This document shows, one piece after another, positions 20,584 through 28,759 of a stretch of 64,000 bases of DNA; the stretch's first letter is position 1; each line of letters starts with the position of its first letter. The notes under the pieces were generated by a model, which had not been told where the DNA came from, made no database searches, and worked only from the letters and a program-made list of their open reading frames with translations. The position numbers and the translations under genes are program-made. This DNA is from Opitutia bacterium (GTDB taxonomy: Bacteria > Verrucomicrobiota > Verrucomicrobiia > Opitutales > Opitutaceae), in contig CANJVR010000004.1 of assembly GCA_947478395.1 (NCBI GenBank), positions 260,864 through 324,863 of the forward strand. Direction: 5' to 3'.

Positions 20584-23500
20584 ATGAAATTTTACTCCCC
20601 CGTTTTTTGCGCGGCACTGTTTGCGGCGACCGTCGTCGGATCGGCGCAGACGCCCGCGGCGCTCAGGGTCACACCCAACCTCTCCGGCCAAATTGAGCAT
20701 CCGCTGCGGTATCGCCCGGAAAACGGGGCGTTCGTAATTGAAAATGGCACGGAGACGTTCAACCGCCCGCTCTACGGCGGTAACACCGCCTTCCGCGTCG
20801 ACGGTGGCGACAAGCCGGAGTTTGTTCTCTATCTCCCCGGTCGCGGCGGTAACTTGCGCCTGGGGCTGTCCGGCGCGGCCGGCGCGAAGTGGCTGCTCGA
20901 TGCGGCGCGCGTGACGACGAGTTACGTGCCCGGCGAATTGCGTTACGAGATCCGTGATCCGCTGTTGGGGGCCGATGGCGTCTTGCGCCTAGCGGTCATC
21001 GCCTACGCGCAGACGGAAGGCGTGATCGTCCGGGCTGAATTGGAAGGGAGCCCGAGAACGGCTCCGCTCGAATTGGTCTGGGCCTACGGCGGCGTGAACG
21101 GCCAGCGCGGCACGCGCGACGGAGATATCGGCACGGAGCGCGTGCCGATCAGCGAATGGTTTCAGTTGCTGCCGGAATTTTGTCGTGACGATCGCATCGA
21201 GCTCGCCGCCGCCGGGGGATTTACGCTGCGCGCGAAAGCGGCGACGATCGTAGGCGTGGCGCCGGGCGCGCAAGCTGGTCTCGGCGACGCTAATCTCTGG
21301 CGTGATTTGCCGGCGCTGCTCGCATCGGTCTCGAACGCCCCGCTGACGTCGCTACCGGCCGATGCCTTGCGCGTGGTCGTCGGCCGGGCGCCGCTTGTCG
21401 CGCGAGAACCATTGTTGATTTCGTTGCAGCGCGTGGAGACCGCGGGGGCTGCACCGCAGGATCTTGAAACCTATCGCGAGGTCACGGCCGAGCGCCCGGG
21501 TGCGGTGAAGCGCGCTCCGACGAAGGTCGCGTTGCCGCCGGTGTTCCAGCCGGCCGATCTGCCGCGCGTCTTCGCCGAAAGCGCGGCGTATTTCCAAGCG
21601 TTGCGCACGCGCGTGACGATTGAAACGCCCGACGCCTACATCAACGCGGCGGCCGCGGCGCTGAATGTCGCTGCCGATGCGGTTTGGGATGAGGCGCAGG
21701 GCGGCATCATGCACGGTGCGATCGCGTGGCGCACGCAGTTGCTCGGGTGGCGCGGGCCTTATTCGCTCGATGCGCTCGGCTGGAGCGATCGCGCCCGCAA
21801 AAATTTGCTGCACTGGTCAGCCCGGCAAAACACCGATGCGATCCCGGCGAAACTTCCGCCGGCCGATGCCAACGCCAATCTCGCGCGCAGCGAAACGGCG
21901 CTGCACAGCAACGGCGACATGTCGAATTCCCACTACGACATGAACGCCGTTTTTATCGACGGGCTTTTCCGCCATCTGCGCTGGACGGGCGACGTGGAGT
22001 TCGCCCGCACGATGTGGCCAGTGATCGAGCGGCATCTGGCGTGGGAACGCCGACTTTTCCGGCGCGAATTTGGCGCCCAAAAGTTGCCGCTCTACGAAGC
22101 GTACGCCGTCATTTGGGCGAGCGACGACTTGCAGTACAGCGGCGGCGGGGCGGCCCACGCCTCGGCCTACAATTATTATCATAACCGCGAGGCCGCGCGA
22201 CTGGCCCGATGGCTCGGCGTTGACGCGATTCCGTACGAGCGCGAAGCCCAAGCGATCGCCCAGGCGATGCGCGAGCTGCTGTGGATGCCGGAGCGAGGCA
22301 CGTTCGCGGAGTCGAAGGATTTACTGGGCCGGCAGCTCGTGCATCCGAGCGCGGCGCTCTGGACGATTTACCACACGATTGATTCCGAAGTGACTACGCC
22401 CGCGGAGGCGTGGGCGATGACGAGGTACGTGGAGGCGAATCTTCCGCAATTGCCCGTGCGCGGTCCGGGCGTGCCGGCCGACGCGGACTATCACATGTAC
22501 GCGTCGTCGGACTGGATGCCGTATTCATGGTCGATCAACAACGTCGTCATGGGTGAAAACGTACACACGGCGCTGGCGTTTTGGGAAGCGGGCCGGTCCG
22601 AGGCGGCTTTCGAACTCACCAAAAGTTCGCTGCTCGCCTCCATGTTCATGGGCATTTGTCCGGGTAACGTCGGCTCGATGAACTACCTCGATGTTTACCG
22701 TCGCGAGTCGCAGCGCGATTTTGCCGACGGTAGCGGCGTGCTGTCGCGCGCGTTGATCGAGGGACTTTTCGGTGTGCGGCCGGACGCGCTCGCCGGCGAA
22801 CTGAAAATTGCGCCGGGCTTTCCGGTCGCTTGGAACGACGCGAAGCTGCGGCACCCGCAGGTCGGTTTTGAATTCCATCGCAACGCGCGAGCGGACACCT
22901 ACGTCGTCGAGCCGCACTTCGCGAAACCGATGCAGGTGCGTTTCCAGCTGCCCGTGCTGGCGGCGACCGCGCAGGCCACGGTGAACGGAAAAGCGGTGAC
23001 GGTGACTCGCCTGACCGGCCCGGCGGGCGCGGAGCGCATCGAGATCACGTGTCCGGCGGCGTCACGGTCGGAGATCGCGGTGACCTGGTCGGGCGCGCGG
23101 GTGACTCCTCCGGCCGAGGTCGATCCCCGCCGGCGTTTCGCGAACCGATCGACGGCCGCCTCCGATCAGCCGGGGTCAGCCGTCCCGGCGAATTACGAAA
23201 CGGTTGATTTGACGAAAACGTTCAACGATCGCGTGACCGAAATTTTCCGCTTGGGGAAATACGTTTCGCCGCGTTCGCCGTATGTGTCGCTCGCGTTGCC
23301 GGCGCAAGGCATCGGAGCGTGGGCTGGCCACATGAACGAAATGGCGGAGATCGACGATCGCGGTTTGCGCGCGGTGGCGGCGGCCAACGGCGGGAAGCTG
23401 ACGCTGCCGAATGGCGTCCCTTTCGCGACGCCCGCGGCGGCGGATGCCAAGAACATCATTTTTGCGTCGCAGTGGGATAATTATCCGCGTGACGCGTCCG

Positions 23501-23916
23501 TGGCGCTGTCCGGTCGGGCGCGGCGATTGCACCTGCTGATGGCGGGCTCGACGAATCATATGCAGAGCCGGATCGACAATGGGGAAATCGTCGTGACGTA
23601 CACCGACGGATCGACGGCGCGTCTGGCCCTGAGCAATCCGGAGACGTGGTGGCCGATTGAGCAGGACTATTTTATCGACGACTATCAGTTCCGGTTGGAT
23701 GGGCCGTTGCCCGCGCGGGTGGACCTTGCGAGCGGAAAAGTACGGGTGCTCGATCGCGAAAAATTTAAAGGCCGCGGTGGCGCGATCAAAGGCGGCGCGG
23801 CGACCGTGTTGGAGCTGACGTTGGATCCGGCAAAAACGCTGCAATCGCTCACGGTGCGTGCGCTCGCGAACGACGTCGTGATCGGCCTGATGAGCGCGAC
23901 GTTGGCGCGGGAGTGA
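20584..23916 (+). CDS. Large secreted DUF4450-type glycoside hydrolase (probably GH139-related)
   Basis: FNRPLYG, FRVDGGDKPEF, HGAIAWR, LGWRGPY, HYDMNAVFID, WASDDLQYSGG motifs; signal peptide from MKFYSP; co-oriented just downstream of rhaM. Confidence 0.7.
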   Translation: MKFYSPVFCAALFAATVVGSAQTPAALRVTPNLSGQIEHPLRYRPENGAFVIENGTETFNRPLYGGNTAFRVDGGDKPEFVLYLPGRGGNLRLGLSGAAGAKWLLDAARVTTSYVPGELRYEIRDPLLGADGVLRLAVIAYAQTEGVIVRAELEGSPRTAPLELVWAYGGVNGQRGTRDGDIGTERVPISEWFQLLPEFCRDDRIELAAAGGFTLRAKAATIVGVAPGAQAGLGDANLWRDLPALLASVSNAPLTSLPADALRVVVGRAPLVAREPLLISLQRVETAGAAPQDLETYREVTAERPGAVKRAPTKVALPPVFQPADLPRVFAESAAYFQALRTRVTIETPDAYINAAAAALNVAADAVWDEAQGGIMHGAIAWRTQLLGWRGPYSLDALGWSDRARKNLLHWSARQNTDAIPAKLPPADANANLARSETALHSNGDMSNSHYDMNAVFIDGLFRHLRWTGDVEFARTMWPVIERHLAWERRLFRREFGAQKLPLYEAYAVIWASDDLQYSGGGAAHASAYNYYHNREAARLARWLGVDAIPYEREAQAIAQAMRELLWMPERGTFAESKDLLGRQLVHPSAALWTIYHTIDSEVTTPAEAWAMTRYVEANLPQLPVRGPGVPADADYHMYASSDWMPYSWSINNVVMGENVHTALAFWEAGRSEAAFELTKSSLLASMFMGICPGNVGSMNYLDVYRRESQRDFADGSGVLSRALIEGLFGVRPDALAGELKIAPGFPVAWNDAKLRHPQVGFEFHRNARADTYVVEPHFAKPMQVRFQLPVLAATAQATVNGKAVTVTRLTGPAGAERIEITCPAASRSEIAVTWSGARVTPPAEVDPRRRFANRSTAASDQPGSAVPANYETVDLTKTFNDRVTEIFRLGKYVSPRSPYVSLALPAQGIGAWAGHMNEMAEIDDRGLRAVAAANGGKLTLPNGVPFATPAAADAKNIIFASQWDNYPRDASVALSGRARRLHLLMAGSTNHMQSRIDNGEIVVTYTDGSTARLALSNPETWWPIEQDYFIDDYQFRLDGPLPARVDLASGKVRVLDREKFKGRGGAIKGGAATVLELTLDPAKTLQSLTVRALANDVVIGLMSATLARE

Positions 23917-23922
23917 GAGTGG

Positions 23923-24014
23923 AGGTAGGGCGCGTTATCCTTAACGCGCCGGTATGGCCCGCTTTTCTGGTGAGCAGTGTCGCAGCGGCGGGTTAAGGAT
24001 AACCCGCCCTACCT
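23923..24014. repeat. Inverted pair of GTAG-type REP-like hairpin elements (REPIN-like)
   Basis: AGGTAGGGCGCGTTATCCTTAACGCGCC (23923-23950) and the reverse-complement copy AGGTAGGGCGGGTTATCCTTAACCCGCC (23987-24014), 36-nt spacer, between convergent genes. Confidence 0.8.
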
Positions 24015-24029
24015 TTAAATGCCCGCCAC

Positions 24030-25190
24030 CTACATCCCTGCGCCGTCGCGGAGGGTGTCGGCTGAGCAGGTGCGCCGGTAAAAATCGACGTAGTGCGAGA
24101 CGATCGGCTCGGCGGAAAACATTTCTTTCGCCCGAAGCCGGGCCGCGGCGCCGAGCGCGGCTCGGCGGGTGGGATCGGCGATCAACGCATCGACGGCGCG
24201 GGCGAGCGCAGCCGTATCGCCGAGCGGTACGAGCACGCCGCTTTCGCCGTCGACGATCACTTCCGGCACACCGCCGACACTGGTCGAAACGCTGGGACAG
24301 CCAAACGCCATCGCCTCGAGAATGCTCAGACAAAAACTTTCGCTCTCCGAAGCGAAGAAGCCGAGATCCGCGGCTTGAAGGTAATCTTCGATCGCAATGA
24401 CGTTTTCGCGGACGATCACGCGGCCATGGAGGCCCAGGCGTTCAACGCTGGCTGCGTACGGTGAAAAATCTCCACCGGCTAGAATGAGCAGCTTGCAGGT
24501 GGAGCGCGCCTGCAGCCGGGCAAACGCCTCGATCAGGCTGTCGACCCGTTTCACGGGTCGAAGATTGGAAGCGTGCAGCAGGAGGAATTCGTCGTCCGCG
24601 ACCCCCAGTTCCCGACGGACTTCGGCGCGCGTGCGAGTGGGCGCGCGCGGCTCGAAGAAATTGTGGATCACCTCGATCGGTCGTTTGACGGCGATCAGGC
24701 GCTGGGTTTCCCGCCGGAGAAATGCCGAGACCGTGGTGATTCCATCGGCGTGTTCGAGGGCGTGGCGGATGGCGGGACCGTAGCCGGCATCGCGTCCGAG
24801 GAGCGTGGTATCCGTGCCGTGCAACGTAGTCACGACCTTCGGCCGCCGGTGGGCGGGCAGCATGTCGCGCGCGAGAATGGCGGCGGTTGCATGCGGCACG
24901 GCATAGTGTGCGTGGAGGACGTCGAGTTCGTGTTCGCGGGCGACCTCGGCGAGTTTGACGGAAAGCGGCAGCGTGTAGTCCGGATATTTGAACAGCTCGT
25001 AGGCGTTGATCTCGACTGGATGGAAATGAATGCGCGGGGCGTCGAGCGGCAGGCGAAAGGGGCGCTCGTAGCTGATGAAGTGAACTTCGTGGCCGCGGCG
25101 TGCGAGTTCCTCGCCGAGCGCGGAGGCGAGGATGCCGCTGCCGCCGACGCTGGGATAGCAGGTGATGCCGATTTTTAGAGAATGGGTCAT
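24030..25190 (-). CDS. bshA: N-acetyl-alpha-D-glucosaminyl L-malate synthase BshA (GT4)
   Basis: KIGITCYPSVGGSG, HEVHFISY..PFRL, HYAVPHA, TTLHGTD, SNLRPVKRV, ESFCLSILEAMA. Confidence 0.88.
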   Translation of the reverse strand: MTHSLKIGITCYPSVGGSGILASALGEELARRGHEVHFISYERPFRLPLDAPRIHFHPVEINAYELFKYPDYTLPLSVKLAEVAREHELDVLHAHYAVPHATAAILARDMLPAHRRPKVVTTLHGTDTTLLGRDAGYGPAIRHALEHADGITTVSAFLRRETQRLIAVKRPIEVIHNFFEPRAPTRTRAEVRRELGVADDEFLLLHASNLRPVKRVDSLIEAFARLQARSTCKLLILAGGDFSPYAASVERLGLHGRVIVRENVIAIEDYLQAADLGFFASESESFCLSILEAMAFGCPSVSTSVGGVPEVIVDGESGVLVPLGDTAALARAVDALIADPTRRAALGAAARLRAKEMFSAEPIVSHYVDFYRRTCSADTLRDGAGM

Positions 25191-25263
25191 GGATAAGACC
25201 TATGGAATTTGTAGGGCTTATGAGCCGCGGAGAAACGAAAGACTCCGCTGGGCGTGCCTATCT

Positions 25264-25974
25264 TTAGAACCGTCGGGCGGAGCGGACCATCGGCGCGAGG
25301 GAATCGACGACAAGGGGATCGGCGGGCCAGAGCGGAATGGCGTGAGCGACGCCCGCGCTGAGACCGTGCAGATGGGCGCGCGTCAGCTGGAGCTCGACGT
25401 AATCGCGCGTGGCGGCTTGCGAGGCGTGGGCTTTCATCGCCGCGGACCACGGGGCGACGAAATCGGAGACGTTGACGACGAGGGCGGCTTGGTTGCGCGG
25501 TTCGGCCTCGGGTGTGATCGCGTAGAAAAACAGTGCGCCGATGGCATGCGCCGGGGTGTCGCGCAATTCCGGGACGCCGCCGTAGCGGGCAAGGCGGGCC
25601 GCGTTGCGGACGAGGTTTCCCAGCGTGTAGTGATCGGGGTGCTGGTTTTCGACCAACGTCGGCGCGAGCACCACGGCGGGGCGGATGCGGCGGATGATCG
25701 CCGCGAGTTTGAGGGTGTACGGGAGCGACGGGACGAAGTGGGCATCGCCGCCGAGGTCAGCAAATTCAAGCGAGGCGCCGAGAAGTTGGGCCCCTTTCTC
25801 GGCTTCGACGGTGCGCTGGGCGGGTGTGCCGTTGGTCCCGGATTCGCCCTTGGAGCAGACGACGAAATGAGTGGGCCGGCCCGCGGCGGTTTCGCAGGCG
25901 ATGATGCCGCCGGCTCCGAATTCGATGTCGTCGGGATGGGCGCCGAAAACAAGCAGGGTGTTGGTATCAGACAT
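25264..25974 (-). CDS. bshB1: BshB1-like PIG-L family deacetylase
   Basis: FGAHPDDIEFGAGG, KGESGTNGT...R..EA, HPDH; start reset to MSDTN (ATG 25974); adjacent to bshA. Confidence 0.85.
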   Translation of the reverse strand: MSDTNTLLVFGAHPDDIEFGAGGIIACETAAGRPTHFVVCSKGESGTNGTPAQRTVEAEKGAQLLGASLEFADLGGDAHFVPSLPYTLKLAAIIRRIRPAVVLAPTLVENQHPDHYTLGNLVRNAARLARYGGVPELRDTPAHAIGALFFYAITPEAEPRNQAALVVNVSDFVAPWSAAMKAHASQAATRDYVELQLTRAHLHGLSAGVAHAIPLWPADPLVVDSLAPMVRSARRF

Positions 25975-26737
25975 CGGTGTAGGCTTCGTCGGAACGATCG
26001 ATGGTTTCACGCATGACGAATTCGATCTCGGGTGCGTCGGCTTTGTTGAGATAGGCCTGTTCGCCGGCGCCGGAGATGTAGTGCGTGCAATGCAGCACGG
26101 ATTGCATCCAGCGCAAACGGCTGTCGCGCGAGGGGCTGATTTGAGCGGAGTCGAACGGCACGGGAGGAAGCGTGATAAACGAACTGCCCCCTTCGTGAAG
26201 CTGCAACGCACCATCGACGTGGCGGGCGCGGACGATTTCGCCCTCGTAGGGGACGTCGACAAAGAAATCCGAAATCGCGCAGGCGGTCCGGCGGAAGTCT
26301 GGATCGCCCGAGCGCGCGACGCGGATGCCCTCGAGCAATCCCATGGCGCGGTACATCTCGAGGCAGAAATCCGCGACGTTGTCGGCGGCGACTTTCTTAA
26401 AAGCGTCGACCCACTTCGCGTCGACGAAAGCGGGAAGCTGGCGCGCGGTGTTGTCCGGCCAGCCCGCGGGAATGCGTTTGGCGTAGAGCGGGGAAAATTT
26501 CCGCTGCAGCTTGTTTGCGAACGCGAAGTTCAGGGTGAGCGGCGCGTCGGTTTTACGGTGACGGACGGTGGTCTGGGTTTCGCGGCAGTCGTGGTCGCTG
26601 TCGTGATAAAAGAAAACGATCTCGCCGCCAATCTCGGCCTGGAGCCGCCGGGCGGTTTGAAATTTGGCGAAGAGAAAACGCCGCGGAAAAAAACCGCACG
26701 GTTGTTGTCCGAAGCAGATGACGGGGCTGGTGCTCAT
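25967..26737 (-). CDS. Compact (256 aa) BshC-like protein
   Basis: GQQ...K, VFF.HDSDHD, SP...R..MQ and YISGAGEQAY match the BshC motifs TGQQ...K, VFW.AGEDHD, SP/N...RP.Q and GPGE.AY; stop overlaps the bshB1 start. Confidence 0.7.
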   Translation of the reverse strand: MSTSPVICFGQQPCGFFPRRFLFAKFQTARRLQAEIGGEIVFFYHDSDHDCRETQTTVRHRKTDAPLTLNFAFANKLQRKFSPLYAKRIPAGWPDNTARQLPAFVDAKWVDAFKKVAADNVADFCLEMYRAMGLLEGIRVARSGDPDFRRTACAISDFFVDVPYEGEIVRARHVDGALQLHEGGSSFITLPPVPFDSAQISPSRDSRLRWMQSVLHCTHYISGAGEQAYLNKADAPEIEFVMRETIDRSDEAYTDV

Positions 26738-26897
26738 CGGCGGCCGGGGCCAGCAGGTGACGGGGCGGAAGGATTGGAGATTTGGCCGCAAAAACGCGCG
26801 AAAATTTCCGGGGCGGCGGCGGGACCGTGAAGGCTTCTATAGGCGCGCGGGAGACGAGCGTCGGAGCCGGAGATAATATGGCGCCTTTTTGCGGCCA

Positions 26898-28616
26898 TCA
26901 CGGTTTGAGGTCGGCCGATTTCGGCAGTGCGGCTTGGAGGGCGAGGGCGAAGAGCACGCAGACGGCGCAACCGATCGGGTTCAACCACAGGTAGCCGATT
27001 TCGTGGGCCGGGTATGCTTTGCCGAGAAAGTAAATCGCGATGACGACTCCCTGTGCGGCCACTGCCGCCCAGAAAACCGCGGTGCCTTTCACGTGTTTCA
27101 GGAAGAACGCGACCATGAAGACCCCGAGCAACGTGGGATAGAAAATCGAAGCCACGATATTCAGCGCCTCGATCAGGTTTTCCGCGAAACTCACGAAGAG
27201 CGCGAAGCCGATCGCGAAAAGGCCCCAGAGGCCGGTGAACCATTTTGCGACGCGAACGTTGCGGGCCTCGTCGTGCGCGGCGAGCGGCCGGAAGTTGCGC
27301 CAGAGATCGATCGTAGTCGTGGTGGCGAGGGCGTTGAGCTCGCCGGCCTTGGACGAAAGGGCGGACGCAAACATCACGGCGAGCAACAGCCCGATCGCGC
27401 CGTGGGGCAGCTGGGTTAAAATGAAAGTGATGAAAACGTAGTCGGAGTCCTTGGTTTTCTTCGTGGACGGATCGGCGGCTTGCAGCGCGGTGAGGGCTTC
27501 GCCGCGGAGCGCGTTCGAGGCCTTTTGGGCGGCGAGCATCTCGACGCGGGCGGCGGCTTCGAGGCCGGAGTCGGCGCGGGGACTTTCGCGCGCGGCCACC
27601 CACGCGCGAATCTTTGCTTGTTTGTCGGCGTGGAGCGCGGCGTGTTTTTGCTCGAGCTCGCGGAATTTGGCCCCGTCGGGTCCCTCGGCGGCGTGGCGCC
27701 ACTGGGTTTGGTTGAACAGGACCGGCGTGTTGGGCTGCGACTGAAAAAACACGAAGAGCAGCGCGCCGAGGACCACGATGAAGAACTGCATCGGGATCTT
27801 GAGGACCGCGTTGAACATCAAGCCGAGCCGGCCCTCGCGCAGCTGCGCGCCGCCGATGTAGCGCTGAACCTGGGATTGATCAGTGCCGAAATAGGAGAGC
27901 GAAAGAAAGAAGCCGCCGAGGATGCCGCTCCACACGGTGTAGCGAATCTTGAGGTCAGGCGTGTAGTTGACGGCCTCGAGTTTGCCGAGGGCGCCCGCGA
28001 TGTGGAAGGCGTCGCTCGGGAGTTTGTGCAGCAACACGACAAAGGCGGTGACCATGCCGCCGAAGATCACGCCCATCTGCCATTTCTGGGTGAGATTCAC
28101 TGCGGCGCTGCCGCCGGTGACGGTGTAGACGATCGCGACGAGGCCGGTGCAAACGATGGTCAGATCGAGCCGCCAGCCGAGCATGGTCGAGAGGATGATC
28201 GCGGGGGCGTAGATGGTGATGCCGGCTTGTATGCCGCGCTGGAGTACGAAGAGACCGGCGCCGAGCAGGCGGGTTTTTTTATCGAAGCGCTGGCCGAGAT
28301 ATTCGTAGGCGGTGTAGACGCCGAGCTTGCGGTAAATCGGCAGGAACACCACGCACACGACAATCAAGGCGAGCGGCAGGCCGAAATAATTTTGGATGAA
28401 CGCGATCCCGTTCTCGCTGGCTTGGCCCGGGAGCGAAAGGTACGTGATCGTGCTCGCTTGCGTGGCCATGACGGAGAGCCCGATCGTGCCCCACTTGGTC
28501 GTGCTGTTCCCCTTGAGGTAGGTGGCGAGGTTGTCGGTGTGGCGCGTGCGCCACGCGCCGTAGGCGGCGATGCCTACGATGGTTCCGAGGAGCACGAGCC
28601 AGTCGAAGGCGTTCAT
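26898..28616 (-). CDS. Sodium:solute symporter (SLC5/SSS family)
   Basis: Multiple TM helices; SVMATQAS, TAYEYLGQRFD, YFGTDQSQVQRY, KDSDYVFITF. Confidence 0.92.
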   Translation of the reverse strand: MNAFDWLVLLGTIVGIAAYGAWRTRHTDNLATYLKGNSTTKWGTIGLSVMATQASTITYLSLPGQASENGIAFIQNYFGLPLALIVVCVVFLPIYRKLGVYTAYEYLGQRFDKKTRLLGAGLFVLQRGIQAGITIYAPAIILSTMLGWRLDLTIVCTGLVAIVYTVTGGSAAVNLTQKWQMGVIFGGMVTAFVVLLHKLPSDAFHIAGALGKLEAVNYTPDLKIRYTVWSGILGGFFLSLSYFGTDQSQVQRYIGGAQLREGRLGLMFNAVLKIPMQFFIVVLGALLFVFFQSQPNTPVLFNQTQWRHAAEGPDGAKFRELEQKHAALHADKQAKIRAWVAARESPRADSGLEAAARVEMLAAQKASNALRGEALTALQAADPSTKKTKDSDYVFITFILTQLPHGAIGLLLAVMFASALSSKAGELNALATTTTIDLWRNFRPLAAHDEARNVRVAKWFTGLWGLFAIGFALFVSFAENLIEALNIVASIFYPTLLGVFMVAFFLKHVKGTAVFWAAVAAQGVVIAIYFLGKAYPAHEIGYLWLNPIGCAVCVLFALALQAALPKSADLKP

Positions 28617-28759
28617 GCGAACACAAAGGAAAACACCGTCAGCGCGACCACGGTGGCGACGAAGACCACGAAGACGAAAATGTAGACGCCCCTCCAGGTG
28701 TGGAAGAACGGAACGCCGGGCGACTCGTCGCCGGATTTATCGTCAGGGCGGGGCGTCAT
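28613..28759 (-). CDS. 48-aa single-pass membrane protein (not in the ORF track)
   Basis: MTPRPDDKSGDESPGVPFFHTWRGVYIFVFVVFVATVVALTVFSFVFA*. ATGA overlaps at both ends (with the PIG-L stop at 28756 and the SSS start at 28616). Confidence 0.82.
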   Translation of the reverse strand: MTPRPDDKSGDESPGVPFFHTWRGVYIFVFVVFVATVVALTVFSFVFA

